64,000 nucleotides of DNA, from assembly GCA_020630675.1 (NCBI GenBank), contig JAHDIR010000005.1, positions 7,178 to 71,177 on the forward strand, read 5' to 3'. The stretch is from Bdellovibrionales bacterium (GTDB lineage Bacteria > Bdellovibrionota > Bdellovibrionia > Bdellovibrionales > UBA1609). Below the pieces are notes generated by a model, which saw only the letters and a program-made list of their open reading frames with translations, was not told the DNA's origin and searched no databases. This document shows, piece after piece, positions 61,513 through 64,000 of this stretch. Within the stretch, counting starts at the first letter, position 1. Each line of letters opens with the position of its first letter. The translations under genes were made by a program, and so were the position numbers.

Positions 61513-62571
61513 ATGATTTCTGAAATTTTAAATAAAATTAACATCTTAGAGAGTTCATGGGATCTTACCACTTTTCCGCAAAAAGCCTTAGATGTTCTCA
61601 AAAAATTAAAGCCATCTGGTTCCTTTTTTGAATTTGAGACCGAGGTGGCCCAATGGCTTTTACAAACGCAAACACTCCCCGAACAGGTCAATTTATACAA
61701 TAGCTTTGGGGAGCCCCCCATCACTCTTTTTAATAACAAAAAATTTGCCGTTGATATTTATTTTTGGCGCAAAAACGACACTCTTATTCACTCCCATGCT
61801 TTTCGCGGAGCCTTTCAAGTTTTATTTGGTCAATCCTTGCACGAAAAATTTGAAGTTCAGCAATCTGAACATATCCACAGTGATATCCAGTTCACCGACT
61901 TAAAAAGCACTGAGCGAAAAATTTTAACAGCGGGGCATTGTCAAATGATCCCACCAAGTCAGGTTCTTATTCATAAGGTTTGTCATTTAAATAATCCGAC
62001 CGTGACCTTATGTATACGCTCGGTTAACGACACTGAACTAAGCCAGTGGCATTATTTACCGACCGGCTTAAGCTTTAAAAAACATAACCTTACAGAAGAA
62101 ACTATTAAACGAATTCTATACTTTGAGTTTTTATATAAAAGCCACCCCGACTCATCTATCGTATTTCTTGACAACGCCCTGAAACGCTTACCTGACTCCG
62201 GTTTAATCGATTTATACGAAGGGCTTTTCATTAATGAAATGGGTTTAGGACAAGAGGCTTTGTCTGTGGCTTTGGATGAAGTGGAACAAAAGATACTTTT
62301 AAAAAAATGGTCTTCCCGATACTTTCAAGCTCTAAGAGAGAGTTCAGTTTTACTCAATGAACAGACCGTCACAAAGCCAGAACTAAAGCTTTTAGCTCAT
62401 TCTATTAATAGTCGTTACTCGGCAAAGGAAACCCAGGCTCTCGTGTCTGAAATTAGCTCAAAACCTCTAAATACCCTATTGCACGATTTAACCATGGGCT
62501 GTCCTGTTTTTTCAGAAGAACATTATGAGCAACAAGCCTTACGAGTAGATCAATTTAGACAAAGTTTGTAG
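61513..62571 (+). CDS. Hypothetical protein with cupin-like N-terminal domain
   Basis: IHSHAFRGAFQVL.G.SLH and IHKVCH His pattern. Confidence 0.65.
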   Translation: MISEILNKINILESSWDLTTFPQKALDVLKKLKPSGSFFEFETEVAQWLLQTQTLPEQVNLYNSFGEPPITLFNNKKFAVDIYFWRKNDTLIHSHAFRGAFQVLFGQSLHEKFEVQQSEHIHSDIQFTDLKSTERKILTAGHCQMIPPSQVLIHKVCHLNNPTVTLCIRSVNDTELSQWHYLPTGLSFKKHNLTEETIKRILYFEFLYKSHPDSSIVFLDNALKRLPDSGLIDLYEGLFINEMGLGQEALSVALDEVEQKILLKKWSSRYFQALRESSVLLNEQTVTKPELKLLAHSINSRYSAKETQALVSEISSKPLNTLLHDLTMGCPVFSEEHYEQQALRVDQFRQSL

Positions 62572-62658
62572 TGAAAAAGCTTTAGACAAAGAAGACAAAA
62601 TATTCAAAAACAAGCTTTTTATCTGCCTATTTTATCGAATTTGCGGTAGCACAAGGCT

Positions 62659-63579
62659 ATGTCTTACCAGCCCTCAGTGCGTTTAAATAAATTTATTGCC
62701 CAAAGTGGAATTTGCTCAAGAAGAGATGCCGACCGTTTTATTGAAAATGGTCAGGTTAAAATTAATCGTAAAAAAGCGACCCTATCTCATCGAGTCCATC
62801 CTGGTGACGAGGTTATGGTGAATGGGCAAATCATTAAGTCTGAAGAAGTTGAGCCCTTTACTTTTATTGCCTTTAATAAACCAGCCGGTATTGTTTCAAC
62901 CACGGAAGGGAGTGAAAAAGATAATATTGTTCGTTTTCTGAATTATCCTTATCGTATATTTCCTGTTGGTCGACTAGATAAAGAATCGACTGGGCTAATC
63001 TTTCTTACCAATGAAGGTGATTTGGTTAACAAAGTTTTACGAGCTGGCAACAACCATGAAAAAGAATACTTAGTGACTGTAAACAAGCCGATCACTGAGC
63101 AATTTGTTGAAGATATGTCTAAAGGTGTTCCTATTCTTGGGGTTTATACTAAAAAGTGTAAAGTTGAGAAAGTTTCTAACTTTGTTTTTAGAATTACTTT
63201 AATTCAAGGGTTAAACCGACAAATTCGTAGAATGTGCGAGCATTTTAAATATGAAGTAAAAGAACTTCAGCGCGTTCGAATTATGCATGTTTGTTTGGAT
63301 GGTCTTCCAGAAGGAGACTTTAGGGCCCTAAATGAAGGTGAACTTAAGCAGCTTTTTCAACTGGTGAAAAACTCCTCCTCAGAGGCAACGCCAAAATCTA
63401 AATCTAAATCTAAATCTAAATCTAAGTCTAAGTCTAAGTCTAAGTCTAAGTCAGCTCATGGCTCAACCTCATTTAAAACCAAAAGAAAAAATAATTCTTC
63501 TAGTAAAAAATTTTCTGGCTCAAAAAAAACAGGACGTCCGTCAAATAAAAAAAATAGAGGTCGAAGAAAATCTAGATAA
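62659..63579 (+). CDS. rluF: 23S rRNA pseudouridine synthase RluF
   Basis: S4 domain [49 protein letters not shown]. Confidence 0.9.
   Translation: MSYQPSVRLNKFIAQSGICSRRDADRFIENGQVKINRKKATLSHRVHPGDEVMVNGQIIKSEEVEPFTFIAFNKPAGIVSTTEGSEKDNIVRFLNYPYRIFPVGRLDKESTGLIFLTNEGDLVNKVLRAGNNHEKEYLVTVNKPITEQFVEDMSKGVPILGVYTKKCKVEKVSNFVFRITLIQGLNRQIRRMCEHFKYEVKELQRVRIMHVCLDGLPEGDFRALNEGELKQLFQLVKNSSSEATPKSKSKSKSKSKSKSKSKSKSAHGSTSFKTKRKNNSSSKKFSGSKKTGRPSNKKNRGRRKSR
63394..63453 (+). repeat. Coding hexamer repeat (KS)10
   Basis: (AAATCT)5(AAGTCT)4AAGTCA. Confidence 0.95.
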
Positions 63580-63630
63580 CACCTAACCGAAAAATAATTA
63601 GTTTTACTTTTTTATGTTTCGGTTTTTATT

Positions 63631-64000
63631 TCAACATTTAAGGCTTTGTACGAACTGTTGGAAAATTTCTTTGTGCTTTTTCACATTTAACTCAGGAGAC
63701 ATAGATACACGCACTATATAATCTTTATCTCCTTCTTTTGTAGTACCTTGTGTTGATGTGGCAGGAATTGTCCAGTAACAGCCTTTTAACTGACCATAGC
63801 TTACGCAATGTTTACTTTCATTGGGGATATTTTTAATCATTAAATGAATAAGTTGGTGATTTAAAGTTCTTTTGTACTCTTCTTTGTCTAACTCACTATC
63901 GCCTTTTGTCGGTAGGTCCAGAGAAAAAACAGAAGGAGTAAAGCCTTGCTGAGCTAATTCTTCAGAGACAAAATTTATTTTTGCTTGCGGAAGCACCTCA
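63631..64000 (-). CDS. Hypothetical protein, probably 5'-truncated by the window edge
   Basis: The frame is open to the end of the window. Confidence 0.5.
   Translation of the reverse strand, partial: EVLPQAKINFVSEELAQQGFTPSVFSLDLPTKGDSELDKEEYKRTLNHQLIHLMIKNIPNESKHCVSYGQLKGCYWTIPATSTQGTTKEGDKDYIVRVSMSPELNVKKHKEIFQQFVQSLKC

Noticed and set aside
61389-61739. 116-aa minus-strand ORF and similar short overlapping ORFs throughout the track
   Set aside because: They overlap longer, motif-bearing genes on the opposite strand or in another frame and have no recognisable features.

Overview
AT-rich bacterial chromosomal window, most consistent with a predatory Bdellovibrionota. That call is an inference from the FQNC/YQNC-type lipoprotein signal peptides, an Agl/Glt gliding-type cluster and a TIGR02147-like gene. 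I see no rRNA, tRNA, CRISPR, transposase or integrase. Recognisable loci are a 10-gene Agl/Glt-like operon (15311-26119), an HxlR-regulated oxidoreductase locus, a YjgN/M48 pair, a di-heme cytochrome c, a trypsin-like protease, a HigBA-type toxin-antitoxin pair and rluF. Less ordinary features: (1) four dispersed paralogous lipoproteins (three complete, ~1100 aa; one cut by the window edge) in which divergent LamG-like domains sit in a conserved scaffold, each behind a sigma28/FliA-like promoter and three apparently leaderless; (2) six xxNC-type lipoproteins plus one further lipoprotein with predicted glycanase, lyase or propeller heads, three units having sigma54-like promoters and three sharing a 12-nt pre-start sequence; (3) a dispersed repeat AAAAGGTACGGACACACTTTT with 11 exact 12-mer cores, in 26-bp-spaced intergenic pairs and in-frame inside two LamG genes; (4) a ~180-nt rod-like imperfect hairpin at 37205-37384; (5) an exact 113-bp duplication of the antitoxin 3' end flanking the TA module. 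All functional calls come from motif recognition by eye; no searches were run.
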